The notes: a model not told the origin generated them from the letters alone. 64,000 nucleotides of DNA from Octopus sinensis (GCF_006345805.1 NC_043011.1:53084464-53148463), one strand, 5' to 3'; shown: positions 1 through 13,290, counted from the stretch's first letter. Program-made: numbers and translations.

Positions 1-419
1 CTTGTCAGTTGCTTGACCTTAACCAGTTGAGCATGTCCCTTAGTGGCTGTCAGTATGTGCATCGCTGATCATGAGCTGGAGTTGTGGGGAAGCATCATAG
101 CCATGTGCTGAGAGAGATTCTTTGGGGGTTTGAATAAATGTAACAAAAGCCAAGTTTGAAGGAAATATTAGCCATTTTAAATACTTTCTTGGAGTAAGCA
201 AATAGGAAGTAATCATGTTACACAGTGTTATAGTAAAATATATAAATACTTTCAATGAATCCAGAAAAGATAACTGTTTTGGTACAGGACTGCTGAATCT
301 GTGACACACAAATTCAATGTATGATATTCATGCGGTGAGAAAATAATGAAAGGATTTTCATTAACTACTCCTCTCTCTCTTTCGGAGAGGCACTGAGCAG
401 CTATACGCACACATACACA

Positions 420-578
420 CACGGAAGTAACTTCCACCTACCGAATTCAATCACAAAGCTTTGGTCGACTCGGGGCTATAGCAGAAGACACCTACCCAAA
501 GTGTCACGCAGTGGGACTGAACCCGAAACCATGTAGCTAGAAAGCAAGCTCCCTAACCACACAGCCATGCCCGTGCCT
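420..578 (-). mobile_element. SINE family B, 5' half (tRNA head + CORE-like CCTTGGGCAAGTG domain), degenerate
   Basis: Reverse complement matches head of intact copy 47558-47950 (gtggctgtgtgg...ggttcagtcccactgcgtg). Confidence 0.75.
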
Positions 579-759
579 ACTCTCCATCATATTTCCAGGT
601 ATCTATCATATTGTCATAATTGACATATTCTTGAGGTTTTATGTAAATATTTACACATTATTGATTCTGACAGAACATAAGGCAATTGATGTAAAATGCA
701 ATGCCTAATGGCCCATGTCTGCTGCTAGGATTTTTTATCTTTTTTTCTATTGTTTTTTT

Positions 760-892
760 TTTTACTTGTTTAGTCATTAGACTGTGACCACAGTGAGGCA
801 CTGCCTTGAAGAAGTTTTATTTGAATGAATTGACTTCAGTACTTATCTTTTTTTAAAGCCTGGTACTTACTCTATCAATGTCTTTTGCTAGT
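760..892 (-). mobile_element. SINE family B, 3' fragment, degenerate
   Basis: ttttacttgttt-agtcattagactg matches family B tail (cagtcaaatgactgaaacaagtaaaag) in reverse. Confidence 0.6.
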
Positions 893-1543
893 ATACCCAG
901 ACAATGTGTATGTCTCTTGTTTCTTCATCGATTGTATGCTTTTATCATTTTTTAAAATTTGTTATATTAATATATTTGTTTGCATGTGTTTACGTTATGC
1001 ATACTTCATCATTATGTATTTATGTACATCATTAATATATAAGTGCATGTGCGTGCCCGCGATGTGTGAAAAGGGGTTGCCTGTCTCCAAAACTCTAAAG
1101 TGGAGTAATGTTTTCATGCTTGGATTTCTAAACTATGATAAGATTAACACTGGTCAACAAAGAATTTGTCCCAAAAGAATATCCATATCTTATATGTTTT
1201 TGCATGCAGAATTAAAAAATAATGTCAAATTATCTGTATCAACCGCAGTTTCTCTGTTCCACGATATCCCTCTCAATTCCTGTTACTAAATTTCCTGTGC
1301 TAAATTTCAGTTAAGCTGTTGAAATGTGAAGCTAACAGAGTAAGAAATACTCCTAATTAAAATTTTTATGATTGGAATTAACTTAGTGAAATCAGAAATC
1401 CAGCTATCTGAGTCAATGAATCCCAAAAATATATGAAATGAAAAATATATATAGAGTGGTGAGTTTTTTTGTTTTTTTTTGAAAATTCACCACCAGTAGC
1501 CTAGCATGTATAAAAAGTCGATAGACAACATATTCTCAAATAT

Positions 1544-2941
1544 AAAATAGTGTACATTTAAACACATTTAAACAAAATAGTGTACATTTAAACACATTTA
1601 AACAAATAGTGTACATTTAAACACATTTAAACAAAATAGTGTACATTTAAACACATTTAAACAAATAGTGTACATTTAAACACATTTAAACAAAATAGTG
1701 TACATTTAAACACATTTAAACAAAATAGTGTACATTTAAACAAACACATAAAACAAAATAGTGTACATTTAAACACATTTAAACAAATAGTGTACATTTA
1801 AACACTTTAAACAAAATAGTGTACATTTAAACACATTTAAACAAAATAGTGTACATTTAAAACATTTAAACAAATAGTGTACATTTAAACACATTTAAAC
1901 AAAGTGTACATTTAAACACATTTAAACAAAATAGTGTACATTTAAACACATTTAAACAAAATAGTGTACATTTAAACACATTTAAACAAAATAGTGTACA
2001 TTTAAACACATTTAAACAAAATAGTGTACATTTAAACACATTTAAACAAAATAGTGTACATTTAAACACATTTAAACAAAATAGTGTACATTTAAACACA
2101 TTTAAACAAAATAGTGTACATTTAAACACATTTAAACAAAATAGTGTACATTTAAACACATTTAAACAAAATAGTGTACATTTAACACATTTAAAAAAAT
2201 AGTGTACATTTAAACACATTTAAACAAAATAGTGTACATTTAAACACATTTAAACAAAATAGTGTACATTTAAACACATTTAAACAAAATAGTGTACATT
2301 TAAAACACATTTAAAAACAAAATAGTGTACATTTAAACACATTTAAACAAAATAGTGTACATTTAAACACATTTAAAACAAAATAGTGTACATTTAAACA
2401 CATTTAAACAAAATAGTGTACATTTAAACACATTTAAACAAAATAGTGTACATTTAAACACATTTAAACACAAATAGTGTACATTTAAACACATTTAAAA
2501 CAAAATAGTGTACATTTAAACACATTTAAACAAAATAGTGTACATTTAAACACATTTAAACAAAATAGTGTACATTTAAAACACATTTAAAAAAATAGTG
2601 TACATTTAACACATTTAAACAAAATAGTGTACATTTAAACACATTTAAACAAAATAGTGTACATTTAAACACATTTAAACAAATAGTGTACATTTAAACA
2701 CATTTAAACAAAATAGTGTACATTTAAACACATTAAACAAAATAGTGTACATTTAAACACATTTAAACAAAATAGTGTACATTTAAACACATTTAACAAA
2801 ATTGTACATTTAAACACATTTAAACAAAATAGTGTACATTTAAAACACATTTAAACAAAATAGTGTACATTTAAACACATTTAAACAAAATAGTGTACAT
2901 TTAAACACATTAAACAAAATAGTGTACATTTAAACACATTT
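1544..2941. repeat. 30-bp minisatellite (AAACAAAATAGTGTACATTTAAACACATTT)n, roughly 47 units
   Basis: Exact 30-nt periodicity visible (e.g. lines 1921-2160); variation is mostly single-base homopolymer indels. Confidence 0.97.
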
Positions 2942-3965
2942 TTGCGAATAATACTAGATCCATATGTGTAAGACCCAGGGATCGAGGTGTAGGAAGAAAG
3001 TTAGTTTCAAGCCTTCCGTAGTAAATATAAAAGACAACTAACTTTCGGGGACAATAGTGGTTTATTGAGACAGAAGGTTGGATTTATTTCGTATCGATAT
3101 AGATATCTTAGTGTTAACTCCAAAGTAAATAAAAATAACTAAAAGAAAAGACCTAATCTACTCGAAAATAGAAATTCTGGTAAGTTGGTGTAATGTGAGG
3201 ATGGGTGGGGGTGGTAGAAATGAAAAGAAAATGTCACAAAGAAAGACATCAAAAGAGAATTTGAAATAAACGTCAACATTGTACACGCTTGCTATGAAAA
3301 AAAAAAATTAAAAAGAAAAAAAAATGTTAAAAAAGCAATCTTGGACATCACACGCAATAAATAAATAACTGTTAAGCTTTCTAGATCTAATTCAAGCTAC
3401 TTTTACATGGATGAATGTCTAGCCGAGTATTTTATCTTAAAAGAATGATCCATCAAAATGTCTGACCAAAACTACTGTTTAAATGGAAAGAAACGGCGAA
3501 AACCCAAAGCTCTTGCAGTCTTCCTCTGTAAACTTGTATCTGTAGTAGTGAGAGGTAAAATCTATCAGAACACTTCTTAGTACAGTGGAAACGTATGTGA
3601 ATTAAATTCTCTCATTATTTCGGCTAAGTCCAAATCTAAAACTACCTTAATGTAATGAAAAAAAATTTTTTTTTTGTTTCTACCTGTATACGAAAAAGAC
3701 TTGTAAACTGTTTCAATTTTTTAGCTACATCTGACCTACTAAGGTTATTATGCCAGCATTATAAACTTGAAAGCATTGTGATTTTCTAGTATTTATTACA
3801 TTACTTTTAAGGTTACTTTTATTCACTTCAAATAATGACTTATCGGCATCCGTGCCTATTTGTACTCTTTGACTTTCGAACAATATTTTCGATACAGGTG
3901 ATGACCGGGAACCCAAAAGTAAGTGAACAAAGATATATCGTTCGAATGTCTATTAGTATTGCTGT

Positions 3966-3975
3966 TTCTTCTTCT

Positions 3976-4007
<32 letters not shown>

Positions 4008-4775
4008 TTCTTCTTCTTCTCCTTCTCCTTCTTCTTCTCCTTCTTCTCCTTCTTCTCCTTCTTCTCCTTCTTCTTCTTCTTCTTCTTCTTCTTCTTCTTC
4101 TTCTCCTTCTTCTCCTTCTTCTTCTTCTTCTTCTTCTTCTCTTCTTCTTCTTCTTCTTCTCCTTCTTCTCCTTCTTCTCCTTCTTCTTCTTCTTCTCCTT
4201 CTTCTTCTCCTTCTTCTCCTTCTTCTCCTTCTCCTTCTTCTCCTTCTTCTCCTTCTTCTTCTTCTCCTTCTTCTTCTTCTTCTTCTTTCTTCTTCTTCTT
4301 CTCCTTCTTCTCCTTCTTCTCCTTCTTCTTCTTCTTCTTCTTCTTCTTCTTCTTCTTCTTCTTCTTCTCCTTCTTCTCCTTCTTCTTCTTCTTCTTCTTC
4401 TTCTCCTTCTTCTTCTCCTTCTTCTCCTTCTTCTCCTTCTCCTTCTTCTCCTTCTTCTCCTTCTTCTTCTCCTTCTTCTCCTTCTTCTTCTTCTTCTTCT
4501 TCTTCTTCTTCTTCTTCTTCTCCTTCTCCCCTTCATCCTCCTCCTCCTCCCATCCTCCTCCTTCTCTCCCCTTTCCATCTCCTTTCTCCTCCTCCCATCC
4601 TCCTCCTCCTCCTTCTCTCCCCTTTCCATCTCCTTTCTCCTCTTCCATCTTCCTCCTCTTTTCCCTCCTTCTCCTCCCCTCTTCCTCTTTATCTTCCCCG
4701 TCCTCCTACTTCCTCCTTCCTTCCTTCCTCCCTCCTCTTCTGTCTCTCGCCCTCCCACCTCCTCTCCCCTCCTCA
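3966..4775. repeat. (TCT/CCT)n trinucleotide array grading into a polypyrimidine tract
   Basis: Pure pyrimidine + strand; explains ORFs 3835-4950, 3856-4821, 3923-4939, 3953-4648. Confidence 0.97.
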
Positions 4776-4935
4776 CCAAGAAAAATGCATATTCAATTCC
4801 AAAATGCTGCATTCTCAGCAAACCCGAAAGCTACATGCTTCAGCAAATGCGAAGAGGAATGTATTTGATAGAATATATATATACGTGTGTGCGTGTACGC
4901 GAGCATGTATGTATGTGTGTATGTTGTGGAGGTAT

Positions 4936-5180
4936 GTAGCTGTGGCCTAGTAGTTAAGGTGTTTGGCTCATCATTGTAAGATTGTGGTATCAATTCTTGG
5001 ACCAAGCAACATGTTGTGTCCTTGAGCAAAACACTATATTTTATGTTGCTCCAGTCCACTCAGCTGGCAAAATTGAATAATCCTGCAATGGACCGGTGTC
5101 CCATCCAATGGATATATATTTGCCAAGGAAACCGGGGAATCTGCAGTTATGAGTCCATAGGGCTCATGAAGGATACTATG
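4936..5180 (+). mobile_element. SINE family D (tRNA-like head + GTGTCCTTGAGCAAGACAC central domain)
   Basis: A-box-like tggcctagtagttaagg; central ccttgagcaa..cact...ctccagtccactcagctgg shared with 33108-33390 and 40265-40545. Confidence 0.75.
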
Positions 5181-5200
5181 TCCTACGTATGTATGTATGT

Positions 5201-5412
5201 ATAAAATGTGACCGCGTGTGTACCGTTGGCGATTTTTTTTCCTCTGTCTTCCCTTCTCTGGATCTTTCCTTTCCTATGTTTCCGACGAAGAGCTCCGCTC
5301 GAAACGTTAAACTCTCCTTCTTTCCTTCTTTCCTGAGCGTCCAATAAAACTATATTTGTTCCACGTCCTCGCGTTGTTGTGTTTTTTTGTGCTTTCTTGT
5401 TTGGATTAACTC
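5201..5412 (+). mobile_element. 212-bp non-coding hammerhead-bearing element (Penelope-type non-autonomous, retrozyme-like)
   Basis: Flanked by tatgtatgtatgt (5188-5200, 5413-5425); contains HHR motif 5278-5312; degenerate relatives at 27290-27480 (+) and 22955-23110 (-). Confidence 0.65.
5278..5312 (+). ncRNA. Minimal type-I hammerhead ribozyme motif, variant core CCGACGA
   Basis: Stem I GTTT/AAAC; core CCGACGA + A; stem II GAGC-tcc-GCTC; GAAA; palindromic ACGT helix III; putative cleavage triplet GUU after 5308. Confidence 0.6.
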
Positions 5413-5428
5413 TATGTATGTATGTCAT

Positions 5429-5632
5429 GTAAAGGTCCTCAAACACTTTCATCAGAGATGTCTGAGACACTATCTGAATGTTGACTGGACCTTAAAAACC
5501 CCAGACTCACAGTTCCTGATGAAAGCTGATATCTTGAGTATTTAAGCGATGGTGCACAACAAGCACCAGTTACGTTGGACTGGACACCGCATTAGAATGA
5601 AGGATAGCAGGTTCCCTAAACAGATGCTATAT
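5429..5632 (+). pseudogene. RTE/BovB-like LINE ORF fragment (post-RT region)
   Basis: Manual translation HFHQRCLRHYLNVDW...HQLRWTGHRIRMKDSRFPKQMLY with one internal stop; matches RTE motifs FHQRCLR..IL and QLRWAGHV.RM...RLPKQ. Confidence 0.8.
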
Positions 5633-6175
5633 ATTCATTAAGCTTTGATGATATCCCTCTATGCTCTTCTTTCTTAATTACCTACTCAATATTATTTCTA
5701 ACCATTCACATTCTTACACAGAACATACATATTTCCCTTTACTCTTCCTTAAACTTCCTCACATTCGAATCATCTACACATAACCTCAACGCAATACCTT
5801 ATCCATGCAATACTTTCATAAACAACCTGCTATTGAGATTCAATATACCAAGTTCCCTACAAATGGCACTCACACGCAGTCACTACCCATTTGAGAGAAT
5901 TAATATTGGACTACATACACCTTCTCTACACATGTGCAACATGCTGACTAAATTTCTCAAAGTCTTACAATCTCTCACTATCTTCTGTGGCAACACCATA
6001 AATAGCATTTATAAAACGGCTGTGCAAAAGACTAGGTTTCCTTTTCAGGATAAGAAAAATACTTCAGTTGTCGGCAGTCTCCAAAGTTCAGAGTCAATCA
6101 CTTATATGAATGGTGGTGTACATACAAATATTCCATCAAAAGCCACTCAACAGGTCCTTCATTTTGAGAATTGTA

Positions 6176-6375
6176 GGATGCCCTTCCTAATGCCAACCAC
6201 TCCATGAGCACCCACTACACTCACGGAGTGGTTGGCGTTAGGAAGGGCATCCAGCTGTAGAAACACTGCCAGATAAGACTGGAGCCTCGTGCAGCCTTCT
6301 GGCTTCCCAGATCCCCGGTCGAACCGTCCAACCCATGCTAGCATGGAGAACGGACGTTAAACGATGATGATGATT
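6176..6375 (+). mobile_element. RTE LINE 3'-end copy (family C) with a 5' fold-back
   Basis: ggttggcgttaggaagggcatcc...catgctagcatgga..cggacgttaaacgatgatga tail, same as ORF-linked copy 19308-20307. Confidence 0.9.
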
Positions 6376-6423
6376 CCGTTTCTCTTCGTATTTCGCTTAT
6401 AAATATCAATATGCAGAAGATAT

Positions 6424-6825
6424 TTTAAGGCGGCGAGCTGGCAGAATCGTTAGCACACCGGGTGAAATGCTTAGCAGTATTTCATCTGCCGTTATGTTCT
6501 GAGTTCAAATTCTGCCGAGGTCGACTTTGCCTTTCATCCTTTCGGAGTCGATTAAATAAGTACCAGTTACGCACTGGGGTCGATATAATCGACTTAATCC
6601 ATTTGTCTGTCCTTGTTTGTCCTCTCTATGTTTAGCCCCATGTGGGTAGTAAAGAAATAGGTATTTTGTCTGCCTTTACATTCTGAGTTCAAGTTCTGCC
6701 GACGTCCACTTTACTTTTCATCCTTCCGGGGCCAATAAAATAAGTATCAGTGGAGCACTGAGGTCGATGTCAACGACTTAATCCCTCTTCTGTAATTTCT
6801 GGCCTTATGCCAAAATTTGAAACTG
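6424..6825 (+). mobile_element. SINE family A composite (A1 unit + 5'-truncated A2-tailed unit)
   Basis: A-box tggcagaatcg, B-box gagttcaaattc; junction aaagaaatag|gtattt at 6660/6661; 15-bp TSD atatgcagaagatat 6409-6423 / 6826-6840. Confidence 0.9.
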
Positions 6826-7443
6826 ATATGCAGAAGATATCAAACTGAACATCTAATGCCATGGTATCCACCGTCTGTGGGATCATGTCACAGATCTAAT
6901 GACACTAACAGTGTGTATGTGTGGGAGTTTTACCACTCCCACACATTTTCTGTTTTACCACAGATTTAGTGGTAATCCAAGAGGTTTTCCACTAAACCTG
7001 TACCTTGACCAAAAGGACCTTGCAGCATTTTGTTCTCTAGGTCACCTTCCTTATGTGGACTAGCATCGTGGGGTTAACTGAATGTGGGGGGTGCTATAAC
7101 TACTGCTGAAGTCGTATATAAGCCGTGACATACAGCATATCTTAAATCTGGCAGTGTCCATTGCTCTTGAGGTCTGATCATGGCTGATTTCTTCCAAGAG
7201 GAAGAAGAACAGACCCAGTACTTCACTGGTACTTACTTTATCGACCCTGAAAGGAGTGAAAGGCATAGATGATCTTAACGTGATTCGAAATTTGAATGCT
7301 CTGAGTCGGACCGAATACCACCACAAAGCATTCTGAATAAAGATCGATAAAATAGTACCAAAAAGTGTACTGGGTTCCCTATAATCGACCAAACCCTTAG
7401 AAGAAAGTGATGCTCAAGCATGACCGTATCACCCAAACCAGTC

Positions 7444-7840
<397 letters not shown>

Positions 7841-9016
7841 CGTAAAAGATAGCTAAAATATGATATAGGATAGACTGACATTTATCAATTGTCAATGAGA
7901 TGAAGGCCGTTTTTTTTTTCTTGTGATTTATTTTTTTTCATTTTATTGTTTCGTGTTAAGCCATATATTTTGCGAGCATACTTGAATAGTTCTGAATGAT
8001 ATATATATGGTGAGCACAATTCGGTCTTCTGTCAACTCTGTCGACATGTTAACGTGCCTGGAAACTTTTTTTCTTCTTCTCTTTCATTTTCCTTTTTTCT
8101 CTTTGCCATCTAATTTTCTATCCGTGAATCAATATTTCTGCGAGTCAGTTCTTCACGTATTGTCAACAATCTCTTGAAAAAAAGAATTTTAAAATTCCTT
8201 TCGTTTGCGCCGCCACTTCTGAGGTGACTTCGTTCACCATTCGTCATTTTCCCTTTCAAGGTTTAATTTCACTCTATTCTCTCTCGCCCCATACTCTGAT
8301 ATTTATTACTTGTACTCAGAGCTCAGTTTCCACCTTAACACCAAGTTTTCAATCTACCGTCCTTCTTTTATTAATTTCATTTATCTTTATTTTATTTTCG
8401 AAACATTAACTTTAATGCAATTCAATCTCTCCACTTTCTCCATCCGCAATCTCTCTCTCTATCTATCTCTTTCTCCTCTGTCAACCTTTATCTCGTTATT
8501 TCTATTCTCAATACTAACAACACTGTCTCTAGCAATTTTATTTTTATGCCTTTCTTCTTCTCTTGTCTCTATAACCAACTCTTTCATTCAAAATTTCTCA
8601 TTGTATACGTATAATGCACTCCTTGTTCTGCTATCAAAAACTCCCCTCTCTCTCTCTCTTCTGATTAACACTTTAATTCCATACCCCCTCTTTCTCTTCC
8701 TCCCATTATTTCCTTCCTTTCTTCAATGTCAACGTATAATGGAAATAAACTGGTTAAATGGACTGATTGACGTTACACAGAATTTACTCCTCAATAATCG
8801 CATCTTCTGTCTGCTCTGCTCTGCTCATTTTTTTCTTTTTTTTTTGTAGTTTCTTCTATTGTTTATTGTCGTCCTCTTTCTATAGACTACTCGTTTCGTC
8901 AGGAAGACACGAGACTGATCCCTTGAGGTACTCCCTTTCTTGTCTGTCACTTTTTAATTTCCTCTCTCTGACTGCTGCGTGTAATCATAATACTCCTTCA
9001 CACTATCACCAGCCAC

Positions 9017-9378
9017 TTGGTAATTTCGAGTCAACAGGAGAGGCTTCTTCGTGGTCGCTCGGCCTGCTAGAAACAGCATCTGAATCTCCTTCAAATCTCT
9101 CTCTGTCTTAGAAGATACATTGAATAATGTGGTCTTGGTAATTTCGAGTCAACAGGAGAGCTTCTTCGTGGTCGCTCGGCCTGCTAGAAACAGCATCTAA
9201 ATCTGCTTCAAATCTCTCTCTGTCTTAGAAGATACATTGAATAATGTGGTCTTGGTAATTTCGAGTCAACAGGAGAGCTTCTTCATGGTCGCTCGGCCTG
9301 CTAGAAACAGCACCTGAATCTGCTTCAAATCTCTCTCTCTCTCTCTTAGAAGATACATTGAATAATGTGATCTTTGGT
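9017..9378. repeat. Three tandem ~118-bp units
   Basis: ttggtaatttcgagtcaacaggagag restarts at 9017, 9135 and 9252. Confidence 0.95.
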
Positions 9379-10858
9379 TCCCTGCATTTGGAAAAAAGGC
9401 AGGATGGTCATAACTAGAATGGTTTTCATTTATAAGTTCTCTGCTTGATCATGAATGGTCTGTGACTAAAGAACAACTTACAAAGTTTTTTTATACTTCC
9501 TTCTTTCGAAACCAATGAGAGAACCTTTACTCAGCTGCTCGACCTGTTTGAAAATAATAGCTAAAATCTCCTTGAAACAACACTCTAGAACTGTGGGATT
9601 CTCAGTCCTTTCAGCTTCGTGATACAAGTGAGATAATTGCCATACTTCACGTGGAATGGTTAAAAATAGATTTTAAGTTTAAAATTTAGGGATCTAGTTA
9701 AAATGATTCACAAAACCAGCCCCCTTTAATTTTGCTCAGATTGTTTTCAATTTTGGTGTATCGATGCAGTTCTGAATTTTGATTTCGCTCAACTAATTAC
9801 TTTATCTTCTAAATTAAAGAATCTGATGTTGTTTGGAATTAAAGTTGGGAAAATTTGGGTAATTTCAGCCAATCAACGGACAGCGAGGCATTAACAGCTT
9901 GTTACCAAGACAACCGCACATTGTGTTGCGTTTCACTTCACCCACCCGTTGTGTTGATTCTTCACACCATGAGATAAAAATTCATATTTATCAATTAGAA
10001 TTTTATTGTAGATATTTTTCGTTAATTGTCTAAATATTTTACATATTTTTCATATATATTTTATATATATTTCATGAAGTTTTTCTGTTTTTATTCACAT
10101 TCAAGCCATTTAATTGTATCACTCTGAAGGAGATTTTGAGAACAGAGGTGTAAATTATTTGCAAGAAAAGGGTGCTATCCCTAACAAAAAGAGGTGTAGT
10201 AAATCTAGGCACAACCTGAGTAAGAAAATAGTTCATGGGAATTTGTACTGGCAGTGGTGGCAATGAATGCCTGTCACTTTAAACCCAGGTCAGGCCAGAA
10301 TGAGCCATTCTGTATTTTTATTGAAGATGTAGGACAACATTATTTAATGTGTCTTGGTTAAAGCACTTTTGGTGATGGTCCTGGTTAGAATGCCTTTGGT
10401 GATGGTCTTATAGCTAGACTGCTTTTGGTGATAGCTCTGTTCAATCATGACTGACAAGGAATGTGACAAACAATAAAGCATTGTGTTCCCATGTGTGTTG
10501 TCCTCTTCTCTATTCTTAGCTGCCTTCCTGGGTCGTCTGGCTGATAAAAAATGCATGCCATATGGTGTGGCAAGAATGGAGATACATGTTACTCAGCTGC
10601 CTCAACATTCTGTCAAAAGTGACCTTTTAGAAGGCTCAAGAAATTTCAGAAGTAGAACCATGTGATGGCTTGACACTGATTAGCTGCTTAATAGGCCGAT
10701 CATGTGAAACTATTGTGGTTTGGTTGTGATGTCTAATTGGTTACCTTAAGATTCAGTTTTGAATCACCACTACAGTACTTTTAGCATTAACTTGTGAGTT
10801 TGCACAAGGTAAAAGCAAGAAATGACTGGTCTTGCTCTTGCCTAAAAAATTACCACTT

Positions 10859-11238
10859 TAAGGCGGCGAGCTGGCAGAAACATTAGCACGCCGGGCAAAA
10901 TGCTTAGCGGTATTTTGTCTGCTGTTACGTTCTGAATTCAAATTCTGCCAAGGTTGACTTTGCCTTTCATCCATTCGAGATCGATAAATTTAGTACCTGT
11001 TACGGACTGGGGTCAATGTAATCGACTTAATCCATTTGTCCCCTCTGTGTTTAGCCCCTTGTGGGTAGTAAAGAAATAGGTATTTCATCGGCCGTTACGT
11101 TCTGAGTTCAAATTCTGCCGTGGTTGACTTTGCCTTTCATCCTTTCGAGATCGATAAATTAAGTACCAGTTATGTACTGGAGTCAATGTAATCGACTTAA
11201 TCCGTTTGTCTGTCTTTGATTGTCCCCTCTATGTAAAA
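10859..11238 (+). mobile_element. SINE family A dimer
   Basis: Full unit + unit restarting at gtatttc (about 11081); TSD aaaaaattaccactt 10844-10858 / 11239-11253 flanks both units. Confidence 0.92.
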
Positions 11239-12761
11239 AAAAAATTACCACTTAGTTAAATAGATAAGGGCAATCTTATATTGGTAGATAACAAATATAG
11301 TAAGACACTAGCATTTAGAGTTTAAAGGTATTTTTAAAAAACGCACCCATGATATGAAGGGGACACATAAAAGGAAAATAGCTTAGTTCAATCCACCATA
11401 TTTACTGAGTGTTAGTACCCCCCAACTGGGAAGATATTTCTAAAACTTCTACCTGCAGGTAACTCAGCTGTACCTACACCTATAAACCACGTGGTTTCAG
11501 GTTTGATCTCACTGCGTGTTTACATAATTCTTTTTTTTACCACATGGTTCAGTGGTAGAAATACTGAAGAGATCAACTTGTTTGCAGATTACGATTACCT
11601 TTTAAACAGCATGCATTACGGATGCCTAATGTGCCACAAACCCCTTATTTTGCTTCAGAAAAAAGGATAGGGGGTGGGGGTGGGGGAAACTGGAATTATT
11701 GGAAAATGTTTTTTTTTTTATGAATGATTTATGGCGACCTAATATGCCACAAAACACTTTTTTGTCCTGAAAACGGGGGCTGTTTTTTTCTTTAAAATTT
11801 CATTAAATTTTTACAAGTGCACCTTTATAAAAATTAGTGGTTACAAAGTCTGGACAGAAGAGAGAAAGAATGATACAAAATCCTTATAAAAACCATGTTA
11901 GTGTTTGTGTGTGTGTGAAACAAAGAATAATATTAAGACAAAATATCTTTTACATATCTCTTGAAAATCACTAGTTTTTAAATGGTATCCAATGTTTTTG
12001 TTTCCTTTGGCAATTTTTCGTGCTGAAATTTTAATCAGGTAAACTAATGTGTTTTAATTTTGTGTGGAGAAAGGGAGAGAGAGACACACACATCTTTCGT
12101 GTAATATACTTTGTGTAGCTAAACTTCCAGGGGCATAACAATTTCATGGGTCAAATGGAGCGGGTGAGTGATTTCACATATATATGGGGAGGGGGGCGTG
12201 TATAGTAGAAGTAAGGACCAGAACCCCTCAAAGGGATGTTTAGCATCCAAGTTCCTGAGGAAAAGCCTAATTTGTGATTTCAAAAGGATTATATTTTCCT
12301 CAAAGTTTCAATGGAAAAACTCAGATCTTTTTAATCTTGTGAATTTTCCAAAATCCTCTCCCCCCCCCACCCCATTGCTTTCTGCACATTTTTGTTTTCA
12401 GATTCATTTCCTATGTGGGTATGAATTAGAAAGATATCCATTTTCCCCAAAGTTACAAGGGGAAAACATCGGATCTTGTGAATTTTCCAAAGTCTTCTCC
12501 CCAACCCCTCGGAAAAAATTTTCCTCACAAATTTCTTTATAATCATAATCTATACTGTTTGAAAAGTATTTATATAAAATTTCATTAAAAGAAACCCATT
12601 TTCCTAAAAGTTATGAATTTTCTGAAGGCCCCACCCCGCCCCCTTCCTCTCTGCACATCTTTATTTTCAGATTCATTTTCTACACCTTTTTTTTTTACAC
12701 CTGTTGCACTAATTCGTTTTACAATTTCGTTTCTGGGTAATAACATCAACATTAATCTTAT

Positions 12762-13155
12762 CTTTTATCTTTTACTTGTTTCAGTCATTAGACTGCGGCC
12801 ATGCTGGGGCACCACCTTGAAGAATTTTTAGTTGAATGAATCACCCCCCACCCCCCGCAGTACATTTTTTAAAGACTGGTACTTATTTTATCAATCTCTT
12901 TTGCCAAAACGCTAAGTTATGGAGGCGTTAACAAACCAGCACCAGTTGTCAAGTGGTGGTAGGAGACGAACACACACACACACACATGTGTATATATGAC
13001 AGGCTTCTTTCAGTTTCTGTCTACCAAATCCACTCACAAGGCTTTGGTTGACCAAAGACAATAGTAGAAGACACTTGCCCAAGGTACCACGCAGTGGTCT
13101 ATTGAACTTGAAACTATTTGGCTGGAAAGCAAGCTTCTTACCACACAGCCATGCA
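12762..13155 (-). mobile_element. SINE family B, near full length
   Basis: Head, cttgcccaagg core, internal CA/TA tract and tail all present in reverse. Confidence 0.88.
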
Positions 13156-13290
13156 TAAGTATCTTATCTCGTTGTTCAATCATAGAAATAATGAAGTGAG
13201 CCACAAATTCAATACTTTTTCAGGACAAAAATACTAACAGCGAAGTATTATTTTTATCTCCTACAACAAACCAGTAAACTTCATTGTGTG

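Noticed and set aside
1866-2219. ORF with FKCTLFCLNV repeats
   Set aside because: In-frame reading of the 30-bp minisatellite
3835-4950. Long ORFs (371, 338, 321, 231 aa)
   Set aside because: Poly-S/L/R/K/E translations of the TTC/CTC microsatellite; no domain content
5640-6160. Possible CR1-like 3' end on the minus strand
   Set aside because: Only a vague SNVRKFKEE resemblance; too degraded to call
9640-12760. Possible DNA-transposon remnants (agccaatca/gttaccaagacaac segment; caggggcataac start; repeated aattttcc..cccc motifs)
   Set aside because: No matching TIR pair or TSD found by eye
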